Part shown: piece after piece, positions 1 through 10,539 of the stretch | Layout: every line of letters starts with the position of its first letter | Position numbering within the stretch: the stretch's first letter is position 1 | Assembly: GCA_963803145.1 (NCBI GenBank) | Contig: CAWDLW010000017.1 | Coordinates: 128,001 to 192,000, forward strand | Direction: 5' to 3' | Source of the DNA: Methanotrichaceae archaeon | Lineage (GTDB): Archaea > Halobacteriota > Methanosarcinia > Methanotrichales > Methanotrichaceae | Length of the DNA: 64,000 nt | The notes under the pieces: generated by a model | The model's database searches: none | What the model was told of the DNA's origin: nothing | Seen by the model: only the letters and a program-made list of their open reading frames with translations | Program-made: the position numbers and the translations under genes

Positions 1-87
1 CGCGCCGAACTTGAACTGCAGGTAAGCCTCTTTTATGATCAGTGCTTCTGTTTCGTCATAGGATTTTCGAGGACGACCAACGCACAT
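1..87 (-). mobile_element. Probable IS481-type transposase fragment running off the window
   Basis: Minus strand reads MCVGRPRKSYDETEALIIKEAYLQFKFGA, resembling the GRP-K...EAY..FGAR segment of archaeal IS481-like transposases; no N-terminal HTH visible upstream. Confidence 0.45.
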
Positions 88-429
88 TAGATGATATTTT
101 TGATACAAACACAAGGTTGGTTTATCGGAGTCTAATGAGACCACGATTTTTAAATATTAAGTTAGATATTTGTCTAAATGGGTTCGCGGATGGCAAGAAC
201 TCTATCCAAAAGCAAAGATGTAGAAATATCTCAAATTTTTCAATTGGATACGTGCCAGTTTCACAGTGCATCTGCTTACGTTTATCTCTAAACAATCCTA
301 TTAGTGATAATCATCTTTCCAATATCTCTTGATGAATATATAAAACCAAAACATTCGGAACTATACAATATAAACCAATCAGGGCAATAATTTAAATAGT
401 TAATCAATATGTTTACTCAGGAGGAAACT

Positions 430-774
430 ATGAAGAAAATAATATATATAATTGCAATTCTGCTAGCAGGAGTCATAGCAGCTGGAATAGCCTCAAGCGA
501 CTCGTATAATACCCCAACGGCAACTACCGTTAGGCAGATCATTGCCCATCCCATTGATGGTATGCATGTGACATTAACAGGGCAAGTTACGCAGAGCCTA
601 GGTTATAGACACTACATGTTCTCTGATGGGACAGGGACGATAATGCTGGATCCCGACCACGATTTTCCCTCTTCCTACTTCCCGCTAAATACGAAGCTGG
701 TCGTCATGGGAGAGGTTGACCACGAGGACGGAGTTCTAGAAGTTGATGTTGATTGGGTGACTGCAGCGAGCTAA
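430..774 (+). CDS. Secreted OB-fold protein, YgiW/YdeI (NirD) family
   Basis: AGGAGG RBS, signal peptide, and VTLTGQVTQSLG..HYMFSDGTGTI motif typical of bacterial OB-fold (BOF) proteins. Confidence 0.75.
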   Translation: MKKIIYIIAILLAGVIAAGIASSDSYNTPTATTVRQIIAHPIDGMHVTLTGQVTQSLGYRHYMFSDGTGTIMLDPDHDFPSSYFPLNTKLVVMGEVDHEDGVLEVDVDWVTAAS

Positions 775-1298
775 GATTCTGAGATGCATTTGAACGGGAA
801 ACTCATGCTATTAGCATTGAATGAGAGTCCCTGAAAAAAATCGCCGCGTTCCTTTGGGTATTTCCTGTTCAAGGCCAAAACATGATAAATATCTTTATTT
901 TTACCCTGATCCTTAATAATTATAATAACCGATGCCCTCATCCTTTAGTGGAACCAGTGGCAGGATCACTCGGGCAAAAGTGGCTAGACCACGAGTATAA
1001 CCGTCGATAATTTCATCTGGATGACAGCGACAGAGATAGAGATAACAGCAAGCTGAAAAAAAGAGTAGCTATCCTCCATATATTTTTGACTTTAAATTCA
1101 TGCGATCGAGTCCGGAGCGTATGAGAAATAGACCAATATTCCACATACCGACTTTACACTTTTATTAGATGATGTACTCAAGTCCTATGTATACACTTAA
1201 AGTCAAAAAAGAGTTCAATACAAGACCCATAAAAAACAAAAACTTTATATACCCCCTAATCCACAATTACATCAAAAATATATATGGACTGATGGAGT

Positions 1299-3122
1299 AT
1301 GAGGGCTTATAAGTTTTTCCAGGTCTTGCTGGCTCTTATTTTATTAGCCGGTTTATCGGTAGGTCAAGAACAGAATACGAGCACAGATCAGCCAAATGCT
1401 GGCCCAATTACAGTCAACTACAACGGTACTGCAATTCCAGATCATGTCACATTATCCTGGGTCCGAGACCCTATGACGACCCGGACCGTGACCTGGAGAA
1501 CGGGTATTACTGTCAATAAAGGTGTAGTCCAATACAGCGACAATCCTGGGCTTCGTCATCCGCTGTCTGTCACGGCTTATGTACGCAGACTGAAGGCAGA
1601 TCTTTGTGATGAGAACATCTACAATGCCACACTTATAGGTTTAAGGCCTGGAACCCGGTATTACTATAGGGTTGGTGATGGGACGACGAAAAATTGGAGC
1701 TCCATATACTTCTTTGACATCGAGAAAAAACTTAACCCAATGACTTATAGTTTGAAGTTTTTGGTCTTTGGGGACACCCAAGCCAAGGATGAAAATTCCC
1801 CGTATTATAGTCTTTGGGATCGCACGGTCCACAACGCATATGCGCTCAACCCTGACGCCAGGTTTTTTACAGTAGTGGGCGATCTTGCGCAATCAAGCCT
1901 AAGCAATCCCAACTGGAACCTCTGGTTCAATGCAGCTAAAGGCGTTATTGATAGAATTACATTTATGCCAGTCGAAGGAAACACCGAGTGCAAAATGATG
2001 AATAAGCCGAAGGATAAGGAACATGGAGAGCCAGCCATATATACAGGTCAGTTCAACGTGCCGAAAAATGGTCCTTTTAAAAACTGTGAAGCATATTCGT
2101 ACGACTATGGAGATGTGCACTTCGTGGTGCTGGATAGTCAGCTCAGGGAGACAATTAAAACCCGCCCGGATCTGCTAGGAATACAAGCGAGTTGGTTGGA
2201 AAATGATCTAAGGCAGACCACGAAGAAATGGAAAGTGGTCTTCTGGCATAAACCAACCTATCCCACCAGGGCTTATAGAACAAACGAGGGAATCAAAGCC
2301 AATTTTACCTCGATCATCGATAAGTATCATGTGGATGTGGTATTCAACGGCCACGACCATGCTTATGCCCGAACCTATCCCATCAACAATGATGAGATAG
2401 TCGGCTCTCCGGCATTGGGCACGGTTTATGTAGTAACGGGAAGAAGCGGTGAGAAGGACATTCCAGATAATGAGCGTAAAGCATGGGATGTTGACTTCTT
2501 TAGCTCGCAGGATATGCCGAACTACATTGTCGTAACTGTCAGCAACTCCCAGATGAATATAAAGGCATACAAGATGGATGGAACGCTCATTGATAATTAC
2601 ATCATCGATAAGAAGAACGGAGACACGTCTAAGACAGTCATACCTTCCAGGTATAATGATACTCAGTTAGCCGTCAATGGTGATTTGCTCAATCAGCTTT
2701 TGATGCCGGAAACCAAAGACCCGACTTTCCCGTACCAGATCAATGGCAAGTGGTACTTCCCAATCAAGCCGGTGGTGGAGTTCCTTGGCGGCAACGAGTC
2801 GTCAGTTTCAGCCGATAATGAGAACCTGTCACTTAGTGTGAAGAATAACGAGAGTAGCAAAATCTGGAAGAAAAATAAAATCCATACTGTCTTCTTGACC
2901 AATACCAGCACCAAAGCAATCGTTGACAAAAACAAGGAGAAACCCATCGAGATCACACTTCCAGATCCTGTCATGGTCGTGAGGGATGATGACACAAAAG
3001 TACCGGTCTTTCTCATCTCTGCCGATGATATGCACACGCTCTTCGGCTTCACCTGGAGGTACGACCCGAACTGGAACGTGCTGTTCTTGATCAACCCCGG
3101 TAAGAATGGGGAAGGAGTGTGA
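1299..3122 (+). CDS. Secreted purple acid phosphatase-like metallophosphoesterase with FN3-like N-domain and copper-amine-oxidase-N-like C-domain
   Basis: Signal peptide; GLRPGTRYYYRVG; GDTQ, GDL, GNTE, FWHKP and GHDH motifs; C-terminal INGKWYFPIKPVVEFLGG. Confidence 0.8.
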   Translation: MRAYKFFQVLLALILLAGLSVGQEQNTSTDQPNAGPITVNYNGTAIPDHVTLSWVRDPMTTRTVTWRTGITVNKGVVQYSDNPGLRHPLSVTAYVRRLKADLCDENIYNATLIGLRPGTRYYYRVGDGTTKNWSSIYFFDIEKKLNPMTYSLKFLVFGDTQAKDENSPYYSLWDRTVHNAYALNPDARFFTVVGDLAQSSLSNPNWNLWFNAAKGVIDRITFMPVEGNTECKMMNKPKDKEHGEPAIYTGQFNVPKNGPFKNCEAYSYDYGDVHFVVLDSQLRETIKTRPDLLGIQASWLENDLRQTTKKWKVVFWHKPTYPTRAYRTNEGIKANFTSIIDKYHVDVVFNGHDHAYARTYPINNDEIVGSPALGTVYVVTGRSGEKDIPDNERKAWDVDFFSSQDMPNYIVVTVSNSQMNIKAYKMDGTLIDNYIIDKKNGDTSKTVIPSRYNDTQLAVNGDLLNQLLMPETKDPTFPYQINGKWYFPIKPVVEFLGGNESSVSADNENLSLSVKNNESSKIWKKNKIHTVFLTNTSTKAIVDKNKEKPIEITLPDPVMVVRDDDTKVPVFLISADDMHTLFGFTWRYDPNWNVLFLINPGKNGEGV

Positions 3123-3344
3123 TAAGATCCTTGGTATACTTCACCCATTGCGCTATCAAAGTTGGGTCTTAATATCGCCAGGACCCAACTGAGATGGTAG
3201 ATCGGAGATGATTGGGCGAGACTTGATTTCGCCTCGCATTTGAATAATTTTTGCATAGATCATTCTCATGATAGTAGAACAAAATAGGCCGACAAGCCGG
3301 ATGGGCCTGCCGACCACTTAATCAATCTTGTCTATTTAGCAGTC

Positions 3345-3589
3345 CTAGGAAGACTGCTGGTTGCTGCCGGCTAGGCTATTCCCTGAATAATCTGTGGCAT
3401 CAACGCCAGAATTGCCACCATCTAGCCTGTTGCACAAACATTGGTTATTAACCCAATGGCGCCCGGGATTCATCATGCATTGCTGTACTGGATCCGGTCC
3501 GGGTGTTGGATTGGGCACCGGTCCGGCATGGGCTCCGGGTTCGGGTTAGGTACCGGTCCCGGTAGACATTGACATTGCCCATCTGGAGA
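3345..3589 (-). pseudogene. Decayed Pro/Cys-rich C-terminal extension of the DM9 gene
   Basis: After the TGA the same frame reads SPDGQCQCLPGPVPNPNPEPMP; after a 1-nt shift it continues GPVPNPTPGPDPVQQCMMNPGRHWVNNQCLC. Confidence 0.45.
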
Positions 3590-4159
3590 TCATCCGATAT
3601 GTAGTACTTGGCGTGATGGATATTGCGGATATTGCGGATACTCTTGGGCACAGCAGAGAACCTCGTAGCTGTAGACCTTGATCTCTCTTCCACCATAGGC
3701 TATATTCGCGCCTCCGAACGCCGGACGTACTTTTCCTATTTGCAGGCCTCCCGCATACCACGCTCTAGCTGCGTAGAGATACTCACCATTCGTGTCATAT
3801 CCACAGACAACCGCACCTGCTGGGATGGCACCGCCGGATGCCGAAATCCATGTTCCTCCGCCGCAGTAGACCTCGTATGGATTGACTTTGACCTCATTGT
3901 CGCCGTAAGGAATATTTGCACTTCTAAATTCAGCGCGCACTTTTCCCGGATGTAGTCCGCCGTTGTAATATGCTCTCGCAAGATACAGCGGAGTTCCGTC
4001 TGCTTCATTTCCGCATACTACAGCCCCGTAAGGAATGCCTCCATCCGAGTCCGAAACCCACTGGACCTGGCAGCTATCCGAACTCTGAGAACATCCGATA
4101 TCGGATGATAATACTATAGCTGCCAGTAGAAATAGCGAAGCAACAATTACCTTTATCAT
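3590..4159 (-). CDS. Secreted DM9/DUF3421 repeat protein (lectin-like)
   Basis: Signal peptide plus two repeats W...GGIP.GAV.CG...G..LY.ARA.Y.GGL..GKV.....ANI.YG..E..V..YEV. Confidence 0.85.
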   Translation of the reverse strand: MIKVIVASLFLLAAIVLSSDIGCSQSSDSCQVQWVSDSDGGIPYGAVVCGNEADGTPLYLARAYYNGGLHPGKVRAEFRSANIPYGDNEVKVNPYEVYCGGGTWISASGGAIPAGAVVCGYDTNGEYLYAARAWYAGGLQIGKVRPAFGGANIAYGGREIKVYSYEVLCCAQEYPQYPQYPSRQVLHIG

Positions 4160-4276
4160 ATTTCCATCCGCCTCATATAATTATGTATATGTTGTATGCT
4201 TTGTAAGGTTTTTGGGCAAAAGTCTACCAAATTGAATTCGACACCTTTATCGATCGTGTGATGGTCATGAGGCTCG

Positions 4277-4301
4277 GCTGCTGAAAAATATTTTCAGCAG
4301 C
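4277..4301. terminator. 11-bp perfect inverted repeat downstream of 4344..4778
   Basis: GCTGCTGAAAA-ATA-TTTTCAGCAGC. Confidence 0.4.
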
Positions 4302-4343
4302 TTGCTCAAAGACCAAAACTTCACTGGTGGCACCTCTATTTCT

Positions 4344-4778
4344 TCATCCTACAACCGTAAATGCATTCGGTTGGTCAACTTGATCCAGCAGGTCGTATAG
4401 TTGACCGGTATTGCTGTCATAATATCCATATACAGCAAATTCTGCTTGATAGCTGCTCAACATTGCATCATAAGGAATATACCATCGAGGGTTTGCAAAC
4501 CATGTAGAGCTGTCACCAGGGTCAGCCCATACGGATACGGGGGGCGCAGTGTACCATTGACCTCTTCTATCCATCACTGAGTAGCTTATCCAAAATTGAT
4601 GACCCAAATCACCTGTATTTTTTATCCAAACATTGGCGTCGCACTGAGTCTCCCCTCTATGCCAGTTCCCAGATGGAAAGTCCTGGTCGGCTATACTGGC
4701 ACCGATATTTGATGCACTTACAGATCCCACACTCATGCATAGTATTAATAAAAGAATTCCTATCAAAGCTCCTTTCAT
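4344..4778 (-). CDS. Secreted hypothetical protein (Ig/CARDB-like beta fold)
   Basis: Signal peptide, GGAGGTG RBS, VWIKNTGD motif. Confidence 0.65.
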   Translation of the reverse strand: MKGALIGILLLILCMSVGSVSASNIGASIADQDFPSGNWHRGETQCDANVWIKNTGDLGHQFWISYSVMDRRGQWYTAPPVSVWADPGDSSTWFANPRWYIPYDAMLSSYQAEFAVYGYYDSNTGQLYDLLDQVDQPNAFTVVG

Positions 4779-4987
4779 GCTTCAACACCTCCGGACAGGT
4801 TTTTTATAGCAGCTTTTAATTTTGAGACAGTCATTACAACTATTTAAGGATTCCTAAGATGCCGCCAATTCCACACACGTTTGCTCTATAATGAATTGCT
4901 TGCTCAGCCTCATATTTGCAGTCCAACGCACATTTTGCTAATCCATTGAGGAAAGTTTAAATCTGCCTGATCGATTTATAGGCCGTC

Positions 4988-6385
4988 ATGTCTCTGAATG
5001 ACCAGGACGAGAATTATCCACTTTTGGCCACGGACCTCTATGAGCTTACCATGGCCAAGGGATATCTCGACAGCGGCATGGAGAATAAATCAGCTACCTT
5101 TGACTTATTTGTAAGAGACCTTCCTGCGCATTGGGGGTTTTTGTTAGCTAATGGCGTCGAGGATGCCATAGATTTTTTAACTGAAGCATTTTCAATTCGG
5201 CCCGAGGATCTGGCTTATCTGAGAGATCAGAGATTTCCGGAATATTTTCTTGAATTTCTGACAGATCTCAGATTTACGGGAGATGTCTGGGCAGTTCCTG
5301 AGGGTGCTCCTGTAGCTGCCAACACTCCTATTATCCGTGTTACTGCTCCGCTGATCCAGGCACAGTTGGCAGAGACGGCCCTCTTGAATATGGTCAACTT
5401 CCAAATGCTGATCGCCACCAAAGCCAATAGAATAGTCCGAGCTGCGGCAGGAGCTACTGTAGTTGACTTTGGACTCCGGCGTGCTCAGGGCTACGATGCC
5501 GGGCTGAAAGGGGCCCGGGCAGCTTTCATAGGAGGATGCTGGGGGACATCCAACGTTGATGCCGGAAGAATATACGACATACCTATTAGCGGCACTCAGG
5601 CCCATTCATGGGTGATGGCGTTTTCATCTGAGCTAGACGCCTTCCGAGCCTATGCCAACTCATTCCAGGATAACGTTACGCTGCTGATAGATACTTATGA
5701 CGTAATTCAGGGAGCAAAAAACGCTGCAGTGGTTGCCAAAGAGCTTGAAGCCAAGGGGCACCGGCTAAATGCAGTCAGGATAGACTCGGGGGACCTTGGA
5801 AAGCTGGCTGAAGAAGTGAGAGCCATTCTGGATCAAGACGGTCTGAGGTATGTAAAGATTGTAGGGACTAGCGATTTGAATGAGTTTAAGATAAGTGAGC
5901 TGGTGGCGAATAGGGCCAAAATAGATATCTACGGCGTAGGAACTGAGTTGATCACCGGAAAGCCCGTAGCAGCGCTGTCAGGCGTCTACAAGCTAGCCCA
6001 AATCGAAGATCGTCCGGTGATTAAACTATCCAGCGATAAGGCGACTTATCCGGGAATTAAGCAGGTTTACAGACTTATTGATGCTAAAGGTATCTACAAA
6101 GAGGATCTTCTGGCCCTTGAGGGAGAACAGGTTCAGAGATGTTTGGAAAACGGTTCACAGGACGATCTTAGCGCAGTTCCAATGCTCAGGCAGACGATAG
6201 CTCATGGGAGACGCATTTTGCCTAGAGAGAATATTCACAAAATTCAGCGGTATGTGGCGGAATGCGTATCAAAGATGCCGCAATCATCACTGAAAATTAT
6301 AGAACCAACGCCTTATGTTTCATTGCCGTCTCAGGGTTTGAAGCAATTGATAGAGAATCTCAAACGCAAATATGAGATCCAATAA
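4988..6385 (+). CDS. pncB: Nicotinate phosphoribosyltransferase
   Basis: LATDLYELTM, DFGLRRAQG, GTQAHSW, LLIDTYD and VRIDSGDL motifs. Confidence 0.95.
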   Translation: MSLNDQDENYPLLATDLYELTMAKGYLDSGMENKSATFDLFVRDLPAHWGFLLANGVEDAIDFLTEAFSIRPEDLAYLRDQRFPEYFLEFLTDLRFTGDVWAVPEGAPVAANTPIIRVTAPLIQAQLAETALLNMVNFQMLIATKANRIVRAAAGATVVDFGLRRAQGYDAGLKGARAAFIGGCWGTSNVDAGRIYDIPISGTQAHSWVMAFSSELDAFRAYANSFQDNVTLLIDTYDVIQGAKNAAVVAKELEAKGHRLNAVRIDSGDLGKLAEEVRAILDQDGLRYVKIVGTSDLNEFKISELVANRAKIDIYGVGTELITGKPVAALSGVYKLAQIEDRPVIKLSSDKATYPGIKQVYRLIDAKGIYKEDLLALEGEQVQRCLENGSQDDLSAVPMLRQTIAHGRRILPRENIHKIQRYVAECVSKMPQSSLKIIEPTPYVSLPSQGLKQLIENLKRKYEIQ

Positions 6386-6466
6386 ATCATGAAATCCAGA
6401 TAGAAAAGAGCTGGAAAATGAAAAGGCTCGACAACGTTTTATTAATTCACGTACACATTAAATGTC

Positions 6467-7078
6467 ATGCTTACCTTGGAAGAAGGGAAGATTGCAGTCA
6501 GACTCGCTAGAGACGCGCTTACAAACTACATCCAAAATAAAAAGATAACTCAGCCAAAGGGACTTCCGCCGGTATTCGACGAGAAGCGTGGAGTGTTTGT
6601 AACAATCCATGAGGAAGGAGAACTAAGGGGCTGCATTGGCTATCCTGAGCCCGTATTGCCTTTAGGCAAAGCGATTGTTGATTCGGCGATCAATGCAAGC
6701 TCACGAGATCCGAGGTTCCCGCCCGTCAGGCCAGGTGAGCTTCCACGATTAGAGGTTGAGGTAACAATCCTGACAAAGCCTGCGCCCTATGATGTGCCCA
6801 AGACGAAGCTGCCTGAAGTAGTGAAAATCGGCAGAGATGGCTTGATAGTCTCCAAAAGTATGTATTCCGGGCTGCTATTGCCACAGGTGGCGCCTGAGTG
6901 GGGCTGGGATTCTATGGAGTTCCTGAGTCAGACCTGCCTGAAGGCTGGCCTCCCAGCTGATGCATGGCTTGACGAGGATACAGAGGTCCTTCACTTCGAG
7001 GCGCAGATCTTCGCTGAGGTGGCGCCAGGGCGAGAGATCTTCGAGAAGACCTATGCTGATACTAGCTGCGGCACTTGA
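6467..7078 (+). CDS. AMMECR1 domain protein (TIGR00296 family)
   Basis: GVFVT...LRGCIG, RDPRF and GLLLPQV motifs. Confidence 0.93.
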   Translation: MLTLEEGKIAVRLARDALTNYIQNKKITQPKGLPPVFDEKRGVFVTIHEEGELRGCIGYPEPVLPLGKAIVDSAINASSRDPRFPPVRPGELPRLEVEVTILTKPAPYDVPKTKLPEVVKIGRDGLIVSKSMYSGLLLPQVAPEWGWDSMEFLSQTCLKAGLPADAWLDEDTEVLHFEAQIFAEVAPGREIFEKTYADTSCGT

Positions 7079-7316
7079 CTGCTATTCCGTGAAAGCTAAT
7101 TGATGGTGTTGAGCTTTGCTGAGATATTATTTTTAATGGATATTTTGCGATTTAATTCCTACCGCCGCTAATATTAGTTCAATGACATCATGTTCAAACT
7201 TCTTTGCTATCTACAAGGACTGCCAGAAAAGGTTCAAGAATTTATTTTAACTCCCTCTATTGATTTCTGGATGATTCTCGGGAAAATTTATAATGGAAAT
7301 ATGCTTTACGACGCAC

Positions 7317-7721
7317 ATGAAAAGGATTTGGTGCTTAGTATTATTGGTCTTTTTGGCCATGGGAATCTGTACGGCGAAAGTTCCTGACCTAGTGGGGAAC
7401 TGGACTGGCTTAGGGACTGGATATTTTGCAGAAAACGGTTCCTACAAAATGAATGAAAACGGGAGCATTGGCTATGCTATTACAGAACAAAAGGACAGGC
7501 TCTTTAAAGGGAATATAACATATACGCTGAACGGAACAGGGATCGTTGAAGGTTTTGCCGGAGCAATTGGTCTCGACAACAAGACTCTCTACCTTGCCGA
7601 ATATGATAAGGGATATGATATGGGTACAATCATTTCTAGCGATGAAATCGAGTTCATATATATTGAAGATGGAGACTCAGGGTGGGCTGCTATTAATAAG
7701 CTTCACCGGATAAAGGCATAA
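7317..7721 (+). CDS. Secreted hypothetical protein
   Basis: Signal peptide followed by VPDLVGNWTG; start chosen at the second Met. Confidence 0.7.
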   Translation: MKRIWCLVLLVFLAMGICTAKVPDLVGNWTGLGTGYFAENGSYKMNENGSIGYAITEQKDRLFKGNITYTLNGTGIVEGFAGAIGLDNKTLYLAEYDKGYDMGTIISSDEIEFIYIEDGDSGWAAINKLHRIKA

Positions 7722-7843
7722 TCTACTCCTCCTAAATCCTTTTTGAGATGGTTAATTTTGAATACTTTCTTGCAGGCTGAATGACTAAGCGGATGATATT
7801 TAAAGGCTAAAATCATGATAATTGGTGGAGGGATACATCCGAT

Positions 7844-8551
7844 ATGGCGACTGCACCTGTGTGGCAATATGACGAAATGAAGTTTTGTGGTGTAGATTTT
7901 TCTCAAATGGATGAAGTGGCTGCATATGATAACATGCACAAGAAGTTTCGCGACTACGCCGAGGCAAGCGAGGAGATCATCCGACGGTTATCCTTGAATT
8001 CCGATAGCACTGTAATCGACCTGGGATGTGGCACAGGAGCTTTTGCACTTCATGCGGCGAACAAATGCCGCACCATTTATGCTGTCGATGCATCCGATGC
8101 GATGCTTGAATACTGCAGGAAACAAGGAGAACAAAAAGGCCTCACCAATATCGTATATAGCCATAGTGGTTTGCTCTCTTATGAACACGTGGGTGAACTG
8201 GCGGATGCCGCTGTGTGTGTTGCAGTGCTTCACCATCTTCCTGATTATTGGAAGCAGGTAGCGCTCACGAGGGTGTGCGGGATGCTCAAACCGAAGGGCA
8301 GACTCCTCCTGTTTGACATCGTTTTTCCTTCAGGCATAAATAACCTTCAATATGAAATTGATGAATGGATAAATGCCGTCAAAGCAATGGCAGATGCTAG
8401 ACTGGCACAAGAAGCCATAATTCATGTAAAGAACGAGTTCAGTACATACGACTGGATTATGGAAGGAATGATCAGAAGGGGCGGACTGCAGATCGATACT
8501 GCAGAATATGGCAAAGGCTTTCAGGCAACCTACTTATGCACAAAGCGATAA
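7844..8551 (+). CDS. Class I SAM-dependent methyltransferase
   Basis: VIDLGCGTG, AVDAS, LHHLPD and LKPKGRL motifs. Confidence 0.9.
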   Translation: MATAPVWQYDEMKFCGVDFSQMDEVAAYDNMHKKFRDYAEASEEIIRRLSLNSDSTVIDLGCGTGAFALHAANKCRTIYAVDASDAMLEYCRKQGEQKGLTNIVYSHSGLLSYEHVGELADAAVCVAVLHHLPDYWKQVALTRVCGMLKPKGRLLLFDIVFPSGINNLQYEIDEWINAVKAMADARLAQEAIIHVKNEFSTYDWIMEGMIRRGGLQIDTAEYGKGFQATYLCTKR

Positions 8552-8762
8552 GCAGCTACAGCATATAAACTATCAGCCAGCTGTTTGAGGTAAAAGGGCA
8601 TGTACTGTTGCATCTTATGGCGGTGAAGTTGGAAACCGCTATTTTTGTTTTAGCTACTACTAAAAAAAGCGAACATGCTCAATAACTTATTGGGACTTTC
8701 TATACTGATCAGACAAAATCGCCATATACCATCAAGGGAGCATATCCTATGAGGCACTAAAA

Positions 8763-9341
8763 ATGAAAGTTATCGCATTCAATGGAAGTCCCCACAAAGA
8801 GGGCAATACATACCATTTGATCCGTCACACGTTGGATGAGATAGAGAAGGCCGGGATCAAAACAGAGATTATCCAAATAGGCGGAGAGAAGGTTCATCCA
8901 TGCACCGCATGCGGGAAATGCTTTGAGAAGAACAACCGACAGTGTGTGCAGGATGACGATCCGGTAAATGATTGCATCGTAAAGATGGTTGAAGCCGATG
9001 CCATCATAATTGCAACCCCCACGTATTTTGCCGGTGTCACCCCGGAGATCAAGGCGTTCATGGACAGGGCATTTTTTGTCGCTATAGCAAACGGGGGACT
9101 CTTCCGACAGAAACTCGGTGCAGGAATAGCAGCCGAGAGACGGTCTGGAGCCGTATGTGCTGTTGATACCATCAACCACTACTTCGGTATAAGCGGTATG
9201 TTTTCTGCAGGATCTCGTTATTGGAATAATGCGAAGGGCCTCAGGCCCGGCGATGTCGAAAACGATGAAGAGGGTGTTGACACAATGCATCAGTTAGGCG
9301 AAAACATTGCTTGGTTCGTCAAGAGAATTAACAGGCAATAA
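8763..9341 (+). CDS. Iron-sulfur flavoprotein (Isf, flavodoxin-like family)
   Basis: FNGSPHKEGNT, CxxCxxC-x6-C and ATPTYF motifs. Confidence 0.9.
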   Translation: MKVIAFNGSPHKEGNTYHLIRHTLDEIEKAGIKTEIIQIGGEKVHPCTACGKCFEKNNRQCVQDDDPVNDCIVKMVEADAIIIATPTYFAGVTPEIKAFMDRAFFVAIANGGLFRQKLGAGIAAERRSGAVCAVDTINHYFGISGMFSAGSRYWNNAKGLRPGDVENDEEGVDTMHQLGENIAWFVKRINRQ

Positions 9342-9398
9342 TTTTTAGAAATTGGATTTATGAATCAGGTCACAGATAGGTTTATATATATCTATTAT

Positions 9399-9416
9399 TG
9401 ACTGATAATCAGTCGA
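9399..9416. promoter_or_regulatory. Palindromic operator upstream of tetR
   Basis: GACTGAT-A-ATCAGTC between the TATA box (TTTATATA, 9381) and the ATG; identical 18-mer in reverse orientation at 10540. Confidence 0.7.
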
Positions 9417-9423
9417 ATAAATT

Positions 9424-10014
9424 ATGACGTCTGCAAGAAGAGTTACAAAGGGTCCTGAAGAGAGAAAAAGCGAGCTGATCGGTACCGCAGAACGGCTTTT
9501 TCTGGAGCGAGGGTATGAGAATACCACCGTTAGCGATATAGTCAAAGAGGTTAAAGTCGCTCAAGGTACCTTCTACTACTATTTTGCCTCCAAGCAGGAT
9601 ATCCTCAATGCAGTGATAGAGCGAGAGATCGATGAGCCGGAGAGGGAGGTCATGCACATCGCCTGCGGCGAGGGAGATGCCGCAGCCAAACTCAAGGAGA
9701 TTGCAAATGTGATCCTTCATTTTCAGACTGCCAAAAGAGGTCTGATTGAGCATGTGCATGAAGAGAGCAATGCCATCATGCACGAGAAGATGGAGAGAAG
9801 AATCATAGCCAGGCTGGCTCCAACAATATCTGAAGTTGTGGAGGACGGCGTTTCCGAAGGGCTCATGAGCACAGACTACCCTGAGGAGACAGCTGAATTC
9901 ATGATTGCTGCAATAATCTTCCTCTTCCATCAGCCAGATATTGATGCGGATAGGCGGGAGAGACTGCACGCCGCTTTAGAGAAGATACTCATAAGAATAT
10001 TTGGAATTAGATAA
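9424..10014 (+). CDS. TetR/AcrR family transcriptional regulator
   Basis: N-terminal HTH: LFLERGYENTTVSDIVKEVKVAQGTFYYYFASK. Confidence 0.93.
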   Translation: MTSARRVTKGPEERKSELIGTAERLFLERGYENTTVSDIVKEVKVAQGTFYYYFASKQDILNAVIEREIDEPEREVMHIACGEGDAAAKLKEIANVILHFQTAKRGLIEHVHEESNAIMHEKMERRIIARLAPTISEVVEDGVSEGLMSTDYPEETAEFMIAAIIFLFHQPDIDADRRERLHAALEKILIRIFGIR

Positions 10015-10075
10015 ATCAAAAAGATGATTTGTACTATCAATATTGGCGATATAATATGAAAATAATGGTGTAAAG

Positions 10076-10486
10076 ATGAAATTAATTAGGATCGGCATAA
10101 GCATAACCATATTAGCATCAATTTTCATGTTAACAGTAGCTTCGCAGGCTGCAAACCCGCTGGATGCTATCGCATCGCAGGTCAGCAAGCAGGCATATAT
10201 TGCCCAGCAAAATTCGACACAGAATGCAGTCGAACACTTCGTCCAAGGAAACTTGACCCAAGAACATCTTCAGCAGGATATCAATTCTACAAAGGTGCAG
10301 ATTAAACAAAGAGCTGAAGAGATTGTCAAGCAACAAGTGAATAACACGACGGCACAGATCCAACAGAAGGCACAAGAGGAAATAAATAAGCAGGTGAATA
10401 AGAGCTTTCAGCAGCCTGGATTCGAGCTTGTATTTGCCTTGATGATCGTCCTTCTAACAGCTTATCTTCTCAGGAGATTTGCTTGA
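10076..10486 (+). CDS. Gln-rich secreted protein with PGF-CTERM (archaeosortase) anchor
   Basis: Signal peptide; C-terminal QPGF, TM helix and RR. Confidence 0.8.
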   Translation: MKLIRIGISITILASIFMLTVASQAANPLDAIASQVSKQAYIAQQNSTQNAVEHFVQGNLTQEHLQQDINSTKVQIKQRAEEIVKQQVNNTTAQIQQKAQEEINKQVNKSFQQPGFELVFALMIVLLTAYLLRRFA

Positions 10487-10539
10487 ACTAACTTGAATTT
10501 ATCGGAAGGTTAAAAGGGATATGCCTTTATATTATAAAA

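Noticed and set aside
3590-3592. In-frame TGA after the DM9 gene as possible selenocysteine
   Set aside because: A frameshift follows shortly after, the context is not a redox motif, and there is no evidence of Sec machinery.
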